A stretch of DNA of 64,000 nucleotides from Bacteroidota bacterium. GTDB lineage: Bacteria; Bacteroidota; Ignavibacteria; UBA10030. Below, one piece after another: positions 38,744 through 49,302 of this stretch; the first letter of the stretch is position 1, and every line of letters starts with the position of its first letter. The notes under the pieces are model-generated. The model had not been told where the DNA came from, did no database searches, and saw only the letters and a list, made by a program, of their open reading frames with translations. Both the position numbers and the translations under genes were made by a program. Location of the stretch: contig DATLYT010000110.1 in the NCBI GenBank assembly GCA_035574455.1, forward strand, positions 8,882-72,881. Reading direction: 5' to 3'.

Positions 38744-38824
38744 TTTCTCGTTCCGACGGTCTCTGTCGGAACGGAAAGGGGGTGTCCCCCACTTCAGTGT
38801 TCCCACGCGGAGCGTGGGAACGAG
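38744..38824. repeat. Dispersed repeat element, family 2, copy 2 (inverted orientation).
   Basis: ttctcgttccgacggtctctgtcggaacggaaaggg...gttcccacgcggagcgtgggaacgag is the reverse complement of 27243..27314. Confidence 0.55.
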
Positions 38825-38928
38825 ATCAGGCCTCTGTGCGTGCACACCTACGCTTCGGGAAAAGACCTTAACAAAACAGAACGACCCCGGATTCCGGGGT
38901 CGTTCGTTGGTTTCATCGTTGCAGATAC

Positions 38929-39558
38929 TTAGACGGCTTCCTTTTTCCGTTGGGGTTTTGTGTCCAAATGGTTTTCGATCAGCTTGAGCAACTCGGCTCG
39001 TCCATCGCCCGAGACGATCGAGAACGGAACGATGCCGTGGCAGCTCCCCTCAGTAAGGTTTGTCTTGAAGCGCTCCTTGTATGCGTCAATTTGCTTCAAC
39101 AGCTTGCTGTGCGGAAGCTTGTCGGCTTTCGTAAGCACGAGGAGATAGGGAACCTCGTAGTACTCGAGCCAATCCATCATCATCAGATCGAGCGGCGTGG
39201 GCTCCTGACGTGAATCGATCAACTGCATCGCCAACGCGATCGGTTCGCCGCGCTTGAGGAAATCTTCAATCAACCGCTTCCAACCCGCCCGCATCTGCTC
39301 CGGCACCTTGGCATAGCCATACCCCGGCAGATCCACAAAATAGAACGAATTGTTGATGATGTAGTAGTTGATCTCGCGGGTTTTACCCGGAGTGGCGCTG
39401 GAGCGGGCAAGATTCTTGCGGTTGCACATCTTGTTCAGCAAGGATGACTTGCCGACGTTCGACCGACCGATAAACAGAACTTCGCGGAGCTGGTTTTTCG
39501 GGAGCTGGCGTAAATCCGCCACCCCTTGAAGAAATTCGGCTGACACAATTTTAAGCAT
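38929..39558 (-). CDS. engB: Ribosome biogenesis GTPase YihA/EngB.
   Basis: G1 motif GRSNVGKSSLLN, ..TPGKTREINYY.., VDLPGYGYAKV. Confidence 0.9.
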   Translation of the reverse strand: MLKIVSAEFLQGVADLRQLPKNQLREVLFIGRSNVGKSSLLNKMCNRKNLARSSATPGKTREINYYIINNSFYFVDLPGYGYAKVPEQMRAGWKRLIEDFLKRGEPIALAMQLIDSRQEPTPLDLMMMDWLEYYEVPYLLVLTKADKLPHSKLLKQIDAYKERFKTNLTEGSCHGIVPFSIVSGDGRAELLKLIENHLDTKPQRKKEAV

Positions 39559-39614
39559 AGCGCTCTCCTATTGTTTGAACATCACATCGAGAGAGAATCA
39601 CTACCGATGAGCTG

Positions 39615-40148
39615 TTATCCTTCGGCTGAAGCTGCGGCTTTTTCCTGCTTTGCGGCTTCCGACGCTTCCTTTTGTTCCTTCGCTTCTCTCTTTTCTTTCT
39701 CAGACGCTTTCTTGCGGGCTTTCGCCGCCACTTTTGCCGTCGCTCTTTCGACGTTTGCGGCATTGTAATCAACCAACTCGATCAGTGCGAGGGGCGCGCC
39801 ATCACCGTGACGCTGACCCAGCTTGACGACACGCGTGTAGCCACCCGGACGGGTGGCCACTTTCGGCGCAATCTCATTGAATAACGTCTTCACCGCCTCA
39901 CGGTCGCGCAAAAACGAAAATACCTGACGGCGTGCGTGGACATTCTTCGGCTTCCCTTCGCCTTCATTCAAAACGGCGCGTTTTGCTCGGGTGATCAGTC
40001 GCTCCACCACGCGACGCGTTTCCTTCGCTTTTGCTTCCGTCGTTTGAATCTTCTTATGCTGAATCAACGAAACGCTCAACGCCGAGAGTGTGGCTTTCCG
40101 ATGACTGTGTGTGCGTTTGAGTTTTCGCCCTTTTTTCCTGTGTCGCAT
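39615..40148 (-). CDS. rplQ: 50S ribosomal protein L17 (with a Lys/Ala/Glu-rich C-terminal extension).
   Basis: [44 protein letters not shown], then ..[17 protein letters not shown]... 177 aa. Confidence 0.95.
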   Translation of the reverse strand: MRHRKKGRKLKRTHSHRKATLSALSVSLIQHKKIQTTEAKAKETRRVVERLITRAKRAVLNEGEGKPKNVHARRQVFSFLRDREAVKTLFNEIAPKVATRPGGYTRVVKLGQRHGDGAPLALIELVDYNAANVERATAKVAAKARKKASEKEKREAKEQKEASEAAKQEKAAASAEG

Positions 40149-40165
40149 ACCTTGTTTCCTTTACG

Positions 40166-41155
40166 CTACTCGTTGCCGTCCTTCAGATATTTGTCGACAT
40201 CCATGCCGAAGCTCAAACCGAGTTCATCCACAATGGCGGAAAGCTCCGCCAGAGACTTGCGGCCAAAATTACGGAACTTCAACAGTTCCGACTCACTGCG
40301 GCGCACAAGGTCGGCCAACGTCTTGATGTTCGCCGAGCGCAGACAGTTGTGCGAGCGAACGGAGAGTTCGAGTTCATCCACCGACATCATCAGGTTCTTG
40401 CGGATGCGTGCGATTTCTGCTTCCTGCTCGCTCTGCGGCTTCTCGGTTTCGGGCTCTGCACCAAAGTTGATGAAGAGTTGCACGTGATCGCGCAAAATCT
40501 TGCCCGCGTGTGTCAGCGCATCCTCCGGTGTCATCGAGCCGTCGGTTTCGATCTCGAGAATCAGCTTCTCGAAGTCGATTTGCCCGCCGACGCGCGTCGT
40601 TTCGACGAAGTAGCGCACATTCTTGATCGGTGAGAAGATCGAGTCGATGGCAATCATGCCGATCGGCTGGTCGGGCGATTTGTTCTCATCCGCTGACACG
40701 TAGCCACGACCGCGGCCGAGGCGAAGTTCGATCTCAAAGTTTGCGTCCTTATTGAGCGTGGCAATGACCAGATCAGGATTGAGAATTTCGATTTCGCTCG
40801 TGACTTTCTGGATGTCGCCCGCCGTAAATTTTCCCGGCCCCTTCACCGGCACGACGAGCTTCGTCAGCTTTTTGTTAATGGCTCGGATGCGCACCTGCTT
40901 AAGATTGAGAATCATATCCGAGACATCTTCGACCACGCCTTTGATGGTAGAGAATTCATGCTGTACGCCTTCAATCCGGATGGCCGTAATGGCCGAGCCG
41001 GGAAGCGACGAAAGCAGTACACGGCGGATCGAATTTCCCAACGTCACGCCGAACCCTTTCTCCAGCGGCTGAACAACAAACCGCCCGAAGGTATTCGACT
41101 TTGAGGATTCCTCTAACTCAACCTGCTCCGGCATTTGCAAAACTGGGTTGCTCAT
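40166..41155 (-). CDS. rpoA: DNA-directed RNA polymerase alpha subunit.
   Basis: Conserved N-terminal region (FGRFVVQPLEKGFGVTLGNSIRRVLLSSLPG) and C-terminal-domain region; 329 aa. Confidence 0.95.
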   Translation of the reverse strand: MSNPVLQMPEQVELEESSKSNTFGRFVVQPLEKGFGVTLGNSIRRVLLSSLPGSAITAIRIEGVQHEFSTIKGVVEDVSDMILNLKQVRIRAINKKLTKLVVPVKGPGKFTAGDIQKVTSEIEILNPDLVIATLNKDANFEIELRLGRGRGYVSADENKSPDQPIGMIAIDSIFSPIKNVRYFVETTRVGGQIDFEKLILEIETDGSMTPEDALTHAGKILRDHVQLFINFGAEPETEKPQSEQEAEIARIRKNLMMSVDELELSVRSHNCLRSANIKTLADLVRRSESELLKFRNFGRKSLAELSAIVDELGLSFGMDVDKYLKDGNE

Positions 41156-41277
41156 AATCTTCTTTCCTCCTCGAATTTCTCGAGGTCAACAGTCGTCAAC
41201 GCGTGCTCTCGTCAACGACCGATACACAATGGATTCAACTCAATGAACTATGCACCGCTTCCCGCATCCGGGAGAGA

Positions 41278-41907
41278 TTACTTCGAATACAACTCAACGA
41301 TCAATTGTTCGTTCGCATTGAGCGGAACGTCGGCACGTTCCGGAATCTGGAGGAACGTCCCGGTCAGACTCGCTTTATCCAAACTCAACCACGGAAGCAT
41401 CGCTGTATCTTTCATCCGTTTCATCGATGAATGAATCAACTCGAGCTTCTTGCTTTTCTCTCGCACCTGCACCACATCACCCGGATTCAACAGGTAGGAT
41501 GGAACATCGACCACCTTGTTATTCACGAGAAAATGGCCATGTAGCACAAGCTGTCGCGCGGCTTTGCGTGACGGTGCAAAACCCATCCGATAGACCACAT
41601 TATCCAACCGTCGCTCTAACAACTTCACCAAGGTATCGCCCGTACGGCCGGTCTGCTTCAACGAACGCTCATAGTAATTGCGGAATTGGCGCTCTAAAAT
41701 TCCATACATGCGACGAACCTTTTGCTTTTCACGCAATTGCTGGCCGTACTCGGAAATCTTCGACCGGCGACTCTGCCCATGTTGGCCGGGAGGATAGTTC
41801 CTCCGGTCGACAGGACATTTTTCCGTGTAGCACTTCGTCCCCTTCAAAAACAGCTTCTGCCGTTCTCGCCGGCACAGTTTGCAACTGGCATCAATGTATC
41901 TCGCCAT
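41278..41907 (-). CDS. rpsD: 30S ribosomal protein S4.
   Basis: MARYIDASCKLCRRERQKLFLKGTKC... Confidence 0.95.
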   Translation of the reverse strand: MARYIDASCKLCRRERQKLFLKGTKCYTEKCPVDRRNYPPGQHGQSRRSKISEYGQQLREKQKVRRMYGILERQFRNYYERSLKQTGRTGDTLVKLLERRLDNVVYRMGFAPSRKAARQLVLHGHFLVNNKVVDVPSYLLNPGDVVQVREKSKKLELIHSSMKRMKDTAMLPWLSLDKASLTGTFLQIPERADVPLNANEQLIVELYSK

Positions 41908-41999
41908 GCTTCTCCTAATGATGGTTGATGTACGATTTCAATTTTCGAGTTGAAGAGAGAGAATCATCGTCTATCGAAAATCGACAATCGTCAATGTTC

Positions 42000-42398
42000 T
42001 TACACTCTCCGACGCTTGGGCGGCCTGCAGCCGTTGTGCGGGATGGGGGTGATATCCCGAATCATCGTGATCTCCAACCCCGCCTGCTGTAGCGACCGCA
42101 CCGCGGCTTCCCGTCCAGCTCCCGGACCTTTGATATACACCTCCACCTTACGCAAGCCAAGTTCATATGCCTCACGTGCCGCCGCTTCCGCAGAAACCTG
42201 AGCTGCAAACGGCGTATTCTTCCGCGAGCCCTTGAACTGGTTCCTACCTGCCGACGACCATGCGATCACGTTGCCGTACTGGTCGGTCAACGTCACAATC
42301 ACATTGTTGAAGGTTGCCTTCACATACGCCTTGCCGTTGGCGTCGACGTGGAGCTTTTTCCTTTTTTTGGTAACCGGGGCCGTTGCTGGTTTTGCCAC
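42000..42398 (-). CDS. rpsK: 30S ribosomal protein S11.
   Basis: ..GVAHIKATFNN-type core ([24 protein letters not shown]). Confidence 0.95.
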   Translation of the reverse strand: MAKPATAPVTKKRKKLHVDANGKAYVKATFNNVIVTLTDQYGNVIAWSSAGRNQFKGSRKNTPFAAQVSAEAAAREAYELGLRKVEVYIKGPGAGREAAVRSLQQAGLEITMIRDITPIPHNGCRPPKRRRV

Positions 42399-42426
42399 GT
42401 TATTTTCTCCAAGCTATTGAATACAA

Positions 42427-42768
42427 TCAGTTCTTTTCGACTCTCAAGGTCGGCGGATTCCCCGTTGCCACCACCACGGTATACTTCTCATCCTTTACGG
42501 CGTCAAATGTGGTTGTTGGCGAGACGGATTCGTTCTGAATCGATGCCGTTGCCTCAACACGCCCCTCGGCTACTTCTTGATAATTCGTCAGCTGGCCGGG
42601 CGCGACATCGTTGATGTTCACCGTGCTGCCGCCGGACGTTTTTAATTGCAGATTGGCTTTCGTCGCCCTGTCATTGCGAATGCGAATCTCAGGCGGCTCC
42701 TGTGAGCACGCCGTAAGACCAATGGCCAGAATTGCGAAAAGCGCATATCGTGTGGTTCGGTTCATCAT
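42427..42768 (-). CDS. Small lipoprotein of unknown function (113 aa) inserted between rpsM and rpsK.
   Basis: Lipoprotein signal MMNRTTRYALFAILAIGLTAC|SQE. Beta-rich mature part (..EKYTVVVATGNPPTLRVEKN). Confidence 0.6.
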   Translation of the reverse strand: MMNRTTRYALFAILAIGLTACSQEPPEIRIRNDRATKANLQLKTSGGSTVNINDVAPGQLTNYQEVAEGRVEATASIQNESVSPTTTFDAVKDEKYTVVVATGNPPTLRVEKN

Positions 42769-42797
42769 CGCTCCTACTCCTTTTATTATTTATAGTG

Positions 42798-43181
42798 TTA
42801 TTTCTTCTCGAGCGCTTTCTTCTTGCCGGCGACGGTCTTCCTCTTGCCCTTACGCGTTCGGGCGTTCGTGCGCGTCCGTTGCCCCCGAACCGGCAAGCCC
42901 TTCCGATGTCGCAAGCCGCGGTAGCTACCAATATCCATCAGACGCTTGATGTTCATCTGCACCTCGCTTCGGAGCGCGCCTTCGACTTTGTAATCGGACT
43001 GGATGACGGATCGAATGCTGGCGACCTCTTCATCGGACAGTTCACTGACCCGGCGATTCGGGTCCACCTTTGCCTTCTGCAGAATATCGCGCGCGCTGCT
43101 CATCCCGATGCCGTAAATGTACGTCAAACCCACTTCCACACGCTTGTTTTTTGGTAAATCGACTCCTGCGATACGTGCCAC
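42798..43181 (-). CDS. rpsM: 30S ribosomal protein S13.
   Basis: [26 protein letters not shown]... Confidence 0.95.
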   Translation of the reverse strand: MARIAGVDLPKNKRVEVGLTYIYGIGMSSARDILQKAKVDPNRRVSELSDEEVASIRSVIQSDYKVEGALRSEVQMNIKRLMDIGSYRGLRHRKGLPVRGQRTRTNARTRKGKRKTVAGKKKALEKK

Positions 43182-43199
43182 GGTACGAATTCTCCTCGT

Positions 43200-43313
43200 T
43201 TAACCTTGACGCTGCTTGTGCTTCGGATTTTTGCAAATGACATGCACGACACCTTTGCGCCGGATGACTTTGCAGTGTTCACAGAGTTTTTTGACTGACG
43301 ACCGAACTTTCAT
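43200..43313 (-). CDS. rpmJ: 50S ribosomal protein L36 (zinc-binding form). Not in the ORF track.
   Basis: Manual translation gives [37 protein letters not shown] (37 aa); ATG at 43311-43313. Confidence 0.85.
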   Translation of the reverse strand: MKVRSSVKKLCEHCKVIRRKGVVHVICKNPKHKQRQG

Positions 43314-43329
43314 GGTGCACTCCGCTCCT

Positions 43330-43548
43330 CTACTTATACCGATAGGTGATACGACCTTTGGTCAAATCATACGGCGACATTTCTACGGTTACTTTGTCGC
43401 CGACTAAAATCTTGATGAAGTTCATGCGCATCTTGCCGGAGATGTGCGCTAAGATTTCATGCCCGTTGTCCAGCTTTACCCGAAACGTCGCGTTGGGTAA
43501 GGTTTCGGTAATTACGCCGTCGAGTTTTATCGGACCCTGTTTTGCCAT
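43330..43548 (-). CDS. infA: Translation initiation factor IF-1.
   Basis: [41 protein letters not shown]... Confidence 0.95.
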   Translation of the reverse strand: MAKQGPIKLDGVITETLPNATFRVKLDNGHEILAHISGKMRMNFIKILVGDKVTVEMSPYDLTKGRITYRYK

Positions 43549-43550
43549 GC

Positions 43551-44312
43551 TTATGCGACTGTGAGGATTTCCGGCTTTCCGTTCACGATGGCAATCGTGT
43601 GCTCAAAATGCGCCGAGGGTTGCCCGTCTTCGGTGACGACCGTCCAGCCGTCGGCAAGCACTTTCACTTTCCAGGTTCCGTAGTTCACCATCGGTTCGAT
43701 GGCTAATGTCATCCCCTCTTTGAGTTTCATACCGGTGCCGGGTTTGCCGTAGTTGGGCACCGCCGGCTCTTCGTGCAATTCCTTTCCGACGCCATGTCCG
43801 ACAAGATCACGCACGACGTTGAAGCCGTTTGCCTCAACATACTGCTGGACGGCATGGCCGATATCGTGGACCGAATTCCCCACCACTGCCTGTTCAATCC
43901 CTTTGTACAGCGAATCCTCAGTGACTTTCAGCAAGCGTTCCTTCTCCGCGGACACTTGCCCCACGCGAAACGACGCCGCTCCATCCGCATAGTACCCGTC
44001 CTTCACAACGCCGACGTCAACCGAAAGAATTTCCCCTTCCCGTAATCTCCGATTCGCTGGAATTCCGTGAACGACTTCTTCGTCAATCGATGTGCAGAGC
44101 GTCGCGGGAAAACGATTATGCTTCGAACTTCCGTATCCCTTAAACGCCGGCTCAGCGCCGCACGACCGGATGTAGTCTTCAGCAAGTCGGTCGAGTTCCA
44201 GCGTCGTGACACCCGGTTTCGTGTGTGCGCCAATAAGCTTCAACACCTCAGCAACAATCTTTCCCGCTTCACGAATCCGCTCAATCTCTTGTTTACTTTT
44301 CAGCCGCACCAT
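43551..44312 (-). CDS. map: Methionine aminopeptidase type I.
   Basis: Metal-ligand regions (..[14 protein letters not shown].., ..[11 protein letters not shown].., ..TLAIEPM..). Confidence 0.95.
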   Translation of the reverse strand: MVRLKSKQEIERIREAGKIVAEVLKLIGAHTKPGVTTLELDRLAEDYIRSCGAEPAFKGYGSSKHNRFPATLCTSIDEEVVHGIPANRRLREGEILSVDVGVVKDGYYADGAASFRVGQVSAEKERLLKVTEDSLYKGIEQAVVGNSVHDIGHAVQQYVEANGFNVVRDLVGHGVGKELHEEPAVPNYGKPGTGMKLKEGMTLAIEPMVNYGTWKVKVLADGWTVVTEDGQPSAHFEHTIAIVNGKPEILTVA

Positions 44313-44323
44313 GAGCCGTGATC

Positions 44324-45667
44324 TTAATAGCCGCGTCGGCCCTTCAGTTTGCCGCTCTTCATAAAGCCGTCGTAGTGACGCATCAACAGGTGTGCTTCGA
44401 CCTGTTGCAGGGTATCGAGCGCAACGCCGACAATAATCAACAAACTTGTTCCACCGAAGAACGACGCAAAGCTCGGTGTAATACCCATCTTGACCATCGC
44501 GGTGGGCAGAATCGCAATCACGGCCAAGAAGACCGAACCGGGGAGCGTGATCTTCGTCAGGATGTTATCGACAAACTCTGCCGTGTGTGCGCCCGGACGA
44601 ATACCCGGAATAAAGCCGCCCTGCTTCTTCATGTTATCCGCAACGTCCTTCGGGTTGAAGGCGATGGCGGTATAGAAATAGGTAAAGAAAATAATCATCA
44701 ACGCGTAGACGATCGAATACGTCCACGAATCGTAACTGAACCACTCGGTCGTGAGTTCCGACACAAAATCGCTTTCCGGAAAGAACGAGAAGACGATTTG
44801 CGGGAGAAACATCAACGCTTGAGCAAAGATAATCGGCATCACACCCGCTGTGTTGACACGTAACGGAATATATTGTGTCACGCCGCCGTAGACTTTGCGA
44901 CCGACGACCCGCTTCGCGTACTGTACGGGAATGCGTCGCGTTCCCTGTGTCACCAACACGACGCCGGCCACGATGAAACCCATCATCACAAAGATGACCA
45001 GCTCGATAATCAAGTTCCGCGCCCCCGACTGCACCAGCTGAAACTCGTCCAAAATGGCATGAGGGAACCGCGCGATGATACCGATAAAGATGATCAGGGA
45101 GATGCCGTTTCCGATACCACGCTCGGTGATCTGTTCCCCAAGCCACATCATGAAAATCGTACCCGCCGTCAGGACAATCACTGTACTCAACGCAAACCCG
45201 AAACCCTGCACGGCCACCGGAACGATCGGTCCTTCCGGCGTTGTCGTGTTCACCAGCTTCACCACCACTCCACTTGCCTGCAACGCGGCAATCAACACAG
45301 TGCCATAGCGAGTATATTGCGTGAGCTTTTTCCGACCGTCTTCGCCTTCCTTCTGAAGCTTCTGGAAGTAGGGAACAACGGCTCCCAGCAACTGAATGAC
45401 GATCGACGAGCTGATGTAGGGCATAATGCCCAACGCAAACACGGCGGCGTTACTGAACGCCCCACCGACAAAGAGGTCGTACAGACCAAAGAGTGTTCCC
45501 TCCGACGTCCGGCGGATCGTATCTGCCAGCAACACGGCATCGACACCGGGAAGAGTAACGTGGGAACCGATACGAACGACTATCAACAACGCTGCCGTGA
45601 ATAACAACCGCTCGCGCAGCTCTTGGATCTTAAAAATATTGGTAAAGGTCTCTGTAAGCTTCGACAT
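44324..45667 (-). CDS. secY: Preprotein translocase subunit SecY.
   Basis: 447 aa, 10-TM SecY consensus (..GIMPYISSSIVIQLL..). Confidence 0.95.
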   Translation of the reverse strand: MSKLTETFTNIFKIQELRERLLFTAALLIVVRIGSHVTLPGVDAVLLADTIRRTSEGTLFGLYDLFVGGAFSNAAVFALGIMPYISSSIVIQLLGAVVPYFQKLQKEGEDGRKKLTQYTRYGTVLIAALQASGVVVKLVNTTTPEGPIVPVAVQGFGFALSTVIVLTAGTIFMMWLGEQITERGIGNGISLIIFIGIIARFPHAILDEFQLVQSGARNLIIELVIFVMMGFIVAGVVLVTQGTRRIPVQYAKRVVGRKVYGGVTQYIPLRVNTAGVMPIIFAQALMFLPQIVFSFFPESDFVSELTTEWFSYDSWTYSIVYALMIIFFTYFYTAIAFNPKDVADNMKKQGGFIPGIRPGAHTAEFVDNILTKITLPGSVFLAVIAILPTAMVKMGITPSFASFFGGTSLLIIVGVALDTLQQVEAHLLMRHYDGFMKSGKLKGRRGY

Positions 45668-45682
45668 TCATTCCTTTCGAAA

Positions 45683-46156
45683 TCAGCTGAGGACCGTAAC
45701 CTTCCCGCCCGCCGCTTCGATTTTTGTCTTCGCGGATTTGCTGAACGCATGAGCGGAAATTTCCAACTTACTCGTCAACTCCCCTTCACCCAAAATTTTG
45801 ACCGGCTCGTTTTTCTTGGAAATCGCACCCGCCTGATAGAGAACCTCGGGCGACACCACGCCGCCATCGATGCGCTTGTTCGCGACCAGCTGTTCGATGG
45901 TTCGGACGTTGACAACCTGGTACTCCACATGAGCGCGGGGCTTGAAACCAAACTTCGGCACACGGCGCGTCAAAGGCATCTGACCGCCTTCGAACCAATA
46001 CTTGAACGTAAAGCCTGAGCGGGACTTGGCGCCCTTATGTCCTCGCGTGGCCGTCCCCCCGTGCCCCGAACCCTGGCCGCGACCGATCCGCTTCACACGT
46101 TTGCGGGAGCCTTTTGCCGGTCGGAGATTACTTAACACATTCGTTGCCATGTTCAT
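45683..46156 (-). CDS. rplO: 50S ribosomal protein L15.
   Basis: ..RKRVKRIGRGQGSGHGGTATRGHKG... Confidence 0.9.
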   Translation of the reverse strand: MNMATNVLSNLRPAKGSRKRVKRIGRGQGSGHGGTATRGHKGAKSRSGFTFKYWFEGGQMPLTRRVPKFGFKPRAHVEYQVVNVRTIEQLVANKRIDGGVVSPEVLYQAGAISKKNEPVKILGEGELTSKLEISAHAFSKSAKTKIEAAGGKVTVLS

Positions 46157-46172
46157 TCCTTCCCCGTTGGGG

Positions 46173-46364
46173 TTACTTCACTTCTTCGACTTTGACCAGA
46201 TGGCGCACGCGTTCGATCATGCCCCGAATCTGCGGTGTATCGTTATGAATGACGCTATAATTCGGCCGTCCGAGTTTCAGCGCTTCGATCGTCCGCTTCA
46301 TCCGCTCCTTCTCGTCAATGACGCTGCGGATCTGAGTGATTTTAATTTTCTTTATTGCCGCCAT
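46173..46364 (-). CDS. rpmD: 50S ribosomal protein L30.
   Basis: MAAIKKIKITQIRSVID... Confidence 0.9.
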   Translation of the reverse strand: MAAIKKIKITQIRSVIDEKERMKRTIEALKLGRPNYSVIHNDTPQIRGMIERVRHLVKVEEVK

Positions 46365-46369
46365 AGTCG

Positions 46370-46882
46370 TTACTTACTATTCTGTTGGAATAACTCCTGC
46401 ATCGATATGCCGCGCCGTTGAGCGACCGTGTAGGCATCTTGCAGGCTCAGTAGCGCTTTCAACGTCGCTTTGACGACGTTATGAGGATTCGGCGAACCCA
46501 GTTGCTTGGTTAACACATCTTTGATGCCCGCCGATTCCAGCACGGCACGCACACCACCGCCGGCGATGAGTCCGGTTCCGGGTGAAGCAGGTTTCAAGAG
46601 TACCTTACCAGCACCGAATTTGCCGATCACTTCGTGTGGAATGGTTCCCTTGATGACCGGTACTTTCACCACATTTTTCTTCGCGTCGTCCGCACCTTTG
46701 GCGATGGCGTCAGCTACCTCGTTCGCCTTCCCTAAGCCGATACCGACGTGACCTTTGCCGTCACCGACAACGACGATCGCATTGAAACTGAAGCGCCGAC
46801 CGCCTTTGACGACCTTGGCAACGCGGTTGATGTGGACAAGCCGTTCTTTGAGTTCTAATTCGCCTGCTTTGATTCTGGACAT
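46370..46882 (-). CDS. rpsE: 30S ribosomal protein S5.
   Basis: ..[33 protein letters not shown]... Confidence 0.95.
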   Translation of the reverse strand: MSRIKAGELELKERLVHINRVAKVVKGGRRFSFNAIVVVGDGKGHVGIGLGKANEVADAIAKGADDAKKNVVKVPVIKGTIPHEVIGKFGAGKVLLKPASPGTGLIAGGGVRAVLESAGIKDVLTKQLGSPNPHNVVKATLKALLSLQDAYTVAQRRGISMQELFQQNSK

Positions 46883-46909
46883 TGTTTCCTGGGTTCGAGT
46901 AAGAGATCG

Positions 46910-47278
46910 TTAGAATTTCAACCCTGCTTCGCGTGCACCATCCGCCACCGCCTTCACGCGACCGTGGTAGAGATAGCCATTCCGGTCGAACACGACACGC
47001 TCGATGTTACGCTCCAGCGCTTTCTGCCCTGCGAGCTTACCGACAATCTTCGCCACTTCAGTTCGATTGCGGAGACCTTTGATCTGATCGCGCAACTCTT
47101 TCGACAACGTCGACGCCGCCACAAGGGTTTTGCCCGTTGTGTCGTCAATCAACTGCGCGTAGATGTGGTTCAAGCTCCGGTAGACCGTCAATCGTGGGCA
47201 CTGGCCGGTACCTACGATTTTCTTTCGGATTCTGAATTTTTTCTTGAGTCGTCGCTCAAGCGTATTTTTGATAATCAT
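46910..47278 (-). CDS. rplR: 50S ribosomal protein L18.
   Basis: ..[18 protein letters not shown]... Confidence 0.95.
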   Translation of the reverse strand: MIIKNTLERRLKKKFRIRKKIVGTGQCPRLTVYRSLNHIYAQLIDDTTGKTLVAASTLSKELRDQIKGLRNRTEVAKIVGKLAGQKALERNIERVVFDRNGYLYHGRVKAVADGAREAGLKF

Positions 47279-47322
47279 AGTCTGCTCATTCGATCCTACT
47301 TGGCGCTCCTAACTTGGCGCTT

Positions 47323-47874
47323 TTACTTGGCAGCACCCGTAGCGGCGGCCTTACCAGCCTTGCGACGGATGTATTCGTTTTCATACTTGATGCCCTTGCC
47401 TTTGTACGGCTCGGGTGGTTTAAAGGAACGAATCTTCGCCGCCACCAATCCCACCAGCTGCTTGTCAATGCCGCTCACGATGATATTTGTTTGTGTGGGG
47501 GCTTCAATGCTAATGCCTTCCGGCGCACCGAATACGATTGGATGAGAGTAGCCCAATTGGAGTTGGAGCTTCTTTCCTTTCATCTCCGCCCGGTAGCCTA
47601 CGCCGACGATTTCGAGTTTCTTGGAGTAGCCCGTCGTTACCCCTGTAATCATGTTCTGAATCAACGCACGCCACAAGCCGTGGAGGGCTTTAACCTCTTT
47701 TTCCTCAGACTTGCGCGTCACGATTACTTCGTTGTCTTTCACTTCCACCGCTATGGCGGGGTGAATGTTGGCTCGCAGCTCGCCCTTGGGTCCCTTGACC
47801 ACCACCGCTCCATTCTGTGAAGTGATGGTCACGCCTTTTACTACGGGAATCGGTTTTCGTCCAACTCGTGACAC
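47323..47874 (-). CDS. rplF: 50S ribosomal protein L6.
   Basis: MSRVGRKPIPVVKGVTIT... Confidence 0.95.
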   Translation of the reverse strand: MSRVGRKPIPVVKGVTITSQNGAVVVKGPKGELRANIHPAIAVEVKDNEVIVTRKSEEKEVKALHGLWRALIQNMITGVTTGYSKKLEIVGVGYRAEMKGKKLQLQLGYSHPIVFGAPEGISIEAPTQTNIIVSGIDKQLVGLVAAKIRSFKPPEPYKGKGIKYENEYIRRKAGKAAATGAAK

Positions 47875-47914
47875 AGTAGAATCTCCTCAGTGTACAACAA
47901 TCGTATTCGATATC

Positions 47915-48310
47915 TTACCAGACATACGCGATCACTTCGCCGCCGACGTTCTCTTTACGTGCCTGCGCATCCGTCATCACTCCTTTGGATGTGGAGACGA
48001 TGGCAACGCCGAGCCCGCCTAAAACGCGCGGCAGCTCGCGCGCCGGTTTGTATTGCCGAATCCCGGGCCGACTGACGCGACGCAGACCAGTAATTACCGG
48101 CTTACCGTTGTAGTATTTCAATTGAATGCGAATAACACCCTGCCGCTTATCGTCCAGCACGGAATACCCGGCGATGAACTTCTGGTCCAGTAAAATCTGC
48201 GTAATCGCTTTCTTAAGCTTTGACGCCGGGATATCCACGCGTTTGTGCTTTGCCTTTGCCGCATTGCGGATACGCGTGAGATAGTCTGCTATCGGATCGG
48301 TCATCGACAT
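47915..48310 (-). CDS. rpsH: 30S ribosomal protein S8.
   Basis: [17 protein letters not shown]... Confidence 0.95.
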   Translation of the reverse strand: MSMTDPIADYLTRIRNAAKAKHKRVDIPASKLKKAITQILLDQKFIAGYSVLDDKRQGVIRIQLKYYNGKPVITGLRRVSRPGIRQYKPARELPRVLGGLGVAIVSTSKGVMTDAQARKENVGGEVIAYVW

Positions 48311-48353
48311 TGAATCGTTACTCCTGAAGAACGCTTTCGTTGGTTATAGAAGA

Positions 48354-48539
48354 TCACCAGCTCGCCTTGCGTACGCCGGGAATCTTTCCATCCAGCGCAA
48401 GGTTGCGGAAACAGATACGGCAAACGCCAAACTTGCGGTAGTACGCACGAGGCCGCCCGCAGATACCGCAGCGGTTATGCTGCCGCACTTTATACTTTGG
48501 CGTTTTCTTTGCCTTCACGATCATTGCTAAACGTGCCAC
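48354..48539 (-). CDS. rpsZ: 30S ribosomal protein S14 type Z (zinc-binding, 61 aa).
   Basis: ..[22 protein letters not shown]... Confidence 0.95.
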   Translation of the reverse strand: MARLAMIVKAKKTPKYKVRQHNRCGICGRPRAYYRKFGVCRICFRNLALDGKIPGVRKASW

Positions 48540-48554
48540 AGAGGATCCCTTTCT

Positions 48555-49293
48555 TTAGGCTTCCACCGGAGCAGGAGCCGGTGTCTGTTGCTGAACCACT
48601 TCCTGACGTTTCACAAACGGCATTCCCAACGCCTTCAACAGTTCGTACGCCTCGATATCGGTCTTCGCGGTTGTCACAAAGGTGATGTCCATCCCGGTGA
48701 TACGCGAAACTTTATCGACATCGATTTCCGGGAAGATAATCTGCTCTTTGATTCCGAGCGTGTAATTGCCGTGGCCGTCGAACGATTTATCGGGTACACC
48801 GCGGAAGTCGCGAACACGAGGCAGTGCAACATTGATTAATCGATCCAGAAATTCGTACATCCGCGCGCGACGGAGCGTTACGCGGCATCCGATCGGCAAA
48901 TTCTCGCGCAGCTTAAAGTTCGAGATCGATTTTTTCGCCTTCGTGATGACCGGCTTTTGGCCGACAATCTGCTCCAGCTCCTTCACCGCCGCGTCGAGCA
49001 ACTTCGGGTCCTGCGTTGCTTTCCCTACGCCGATGTTCACCGCAATCTTTTCGAGCCTCGGCACCTGCATGATGTTCTTATACTGGAACCGCTTCATCAT
49101 CTGCCCCACGACTTCTTTCTTGTAGTGTAGCCAGAGACGTGGCGGTGCGACCGGTTCCTGCGGCTCGACTTTTTGGGCCTTCCCCGCGTCCTGCTCGGCG
49201 CCTTTCTGCTTCTTCTCTTTCTGTCCCATCGGCTCTTTCGCGGCTTTGGTTTCTTTCGCTTCCTGAGCCGTCTCTTTGGTTTCTTTCGCCATG
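48555..49293 (-). CDS. rplE: 50S ribosomal protein L5 with an N-terminal Lys/Glu-rich extension of about 50 aa and a short Pro/Ala C-terminal tail.
   Basis: ATG at 49293 ([21 protein letters not shown]...), then the L5 core ..[32 protein letters not shown]... The track start at 49379 is further upstream. Confidence 0.9.
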
Positions 49294-49302
49294 ATGAATT
49301 CC

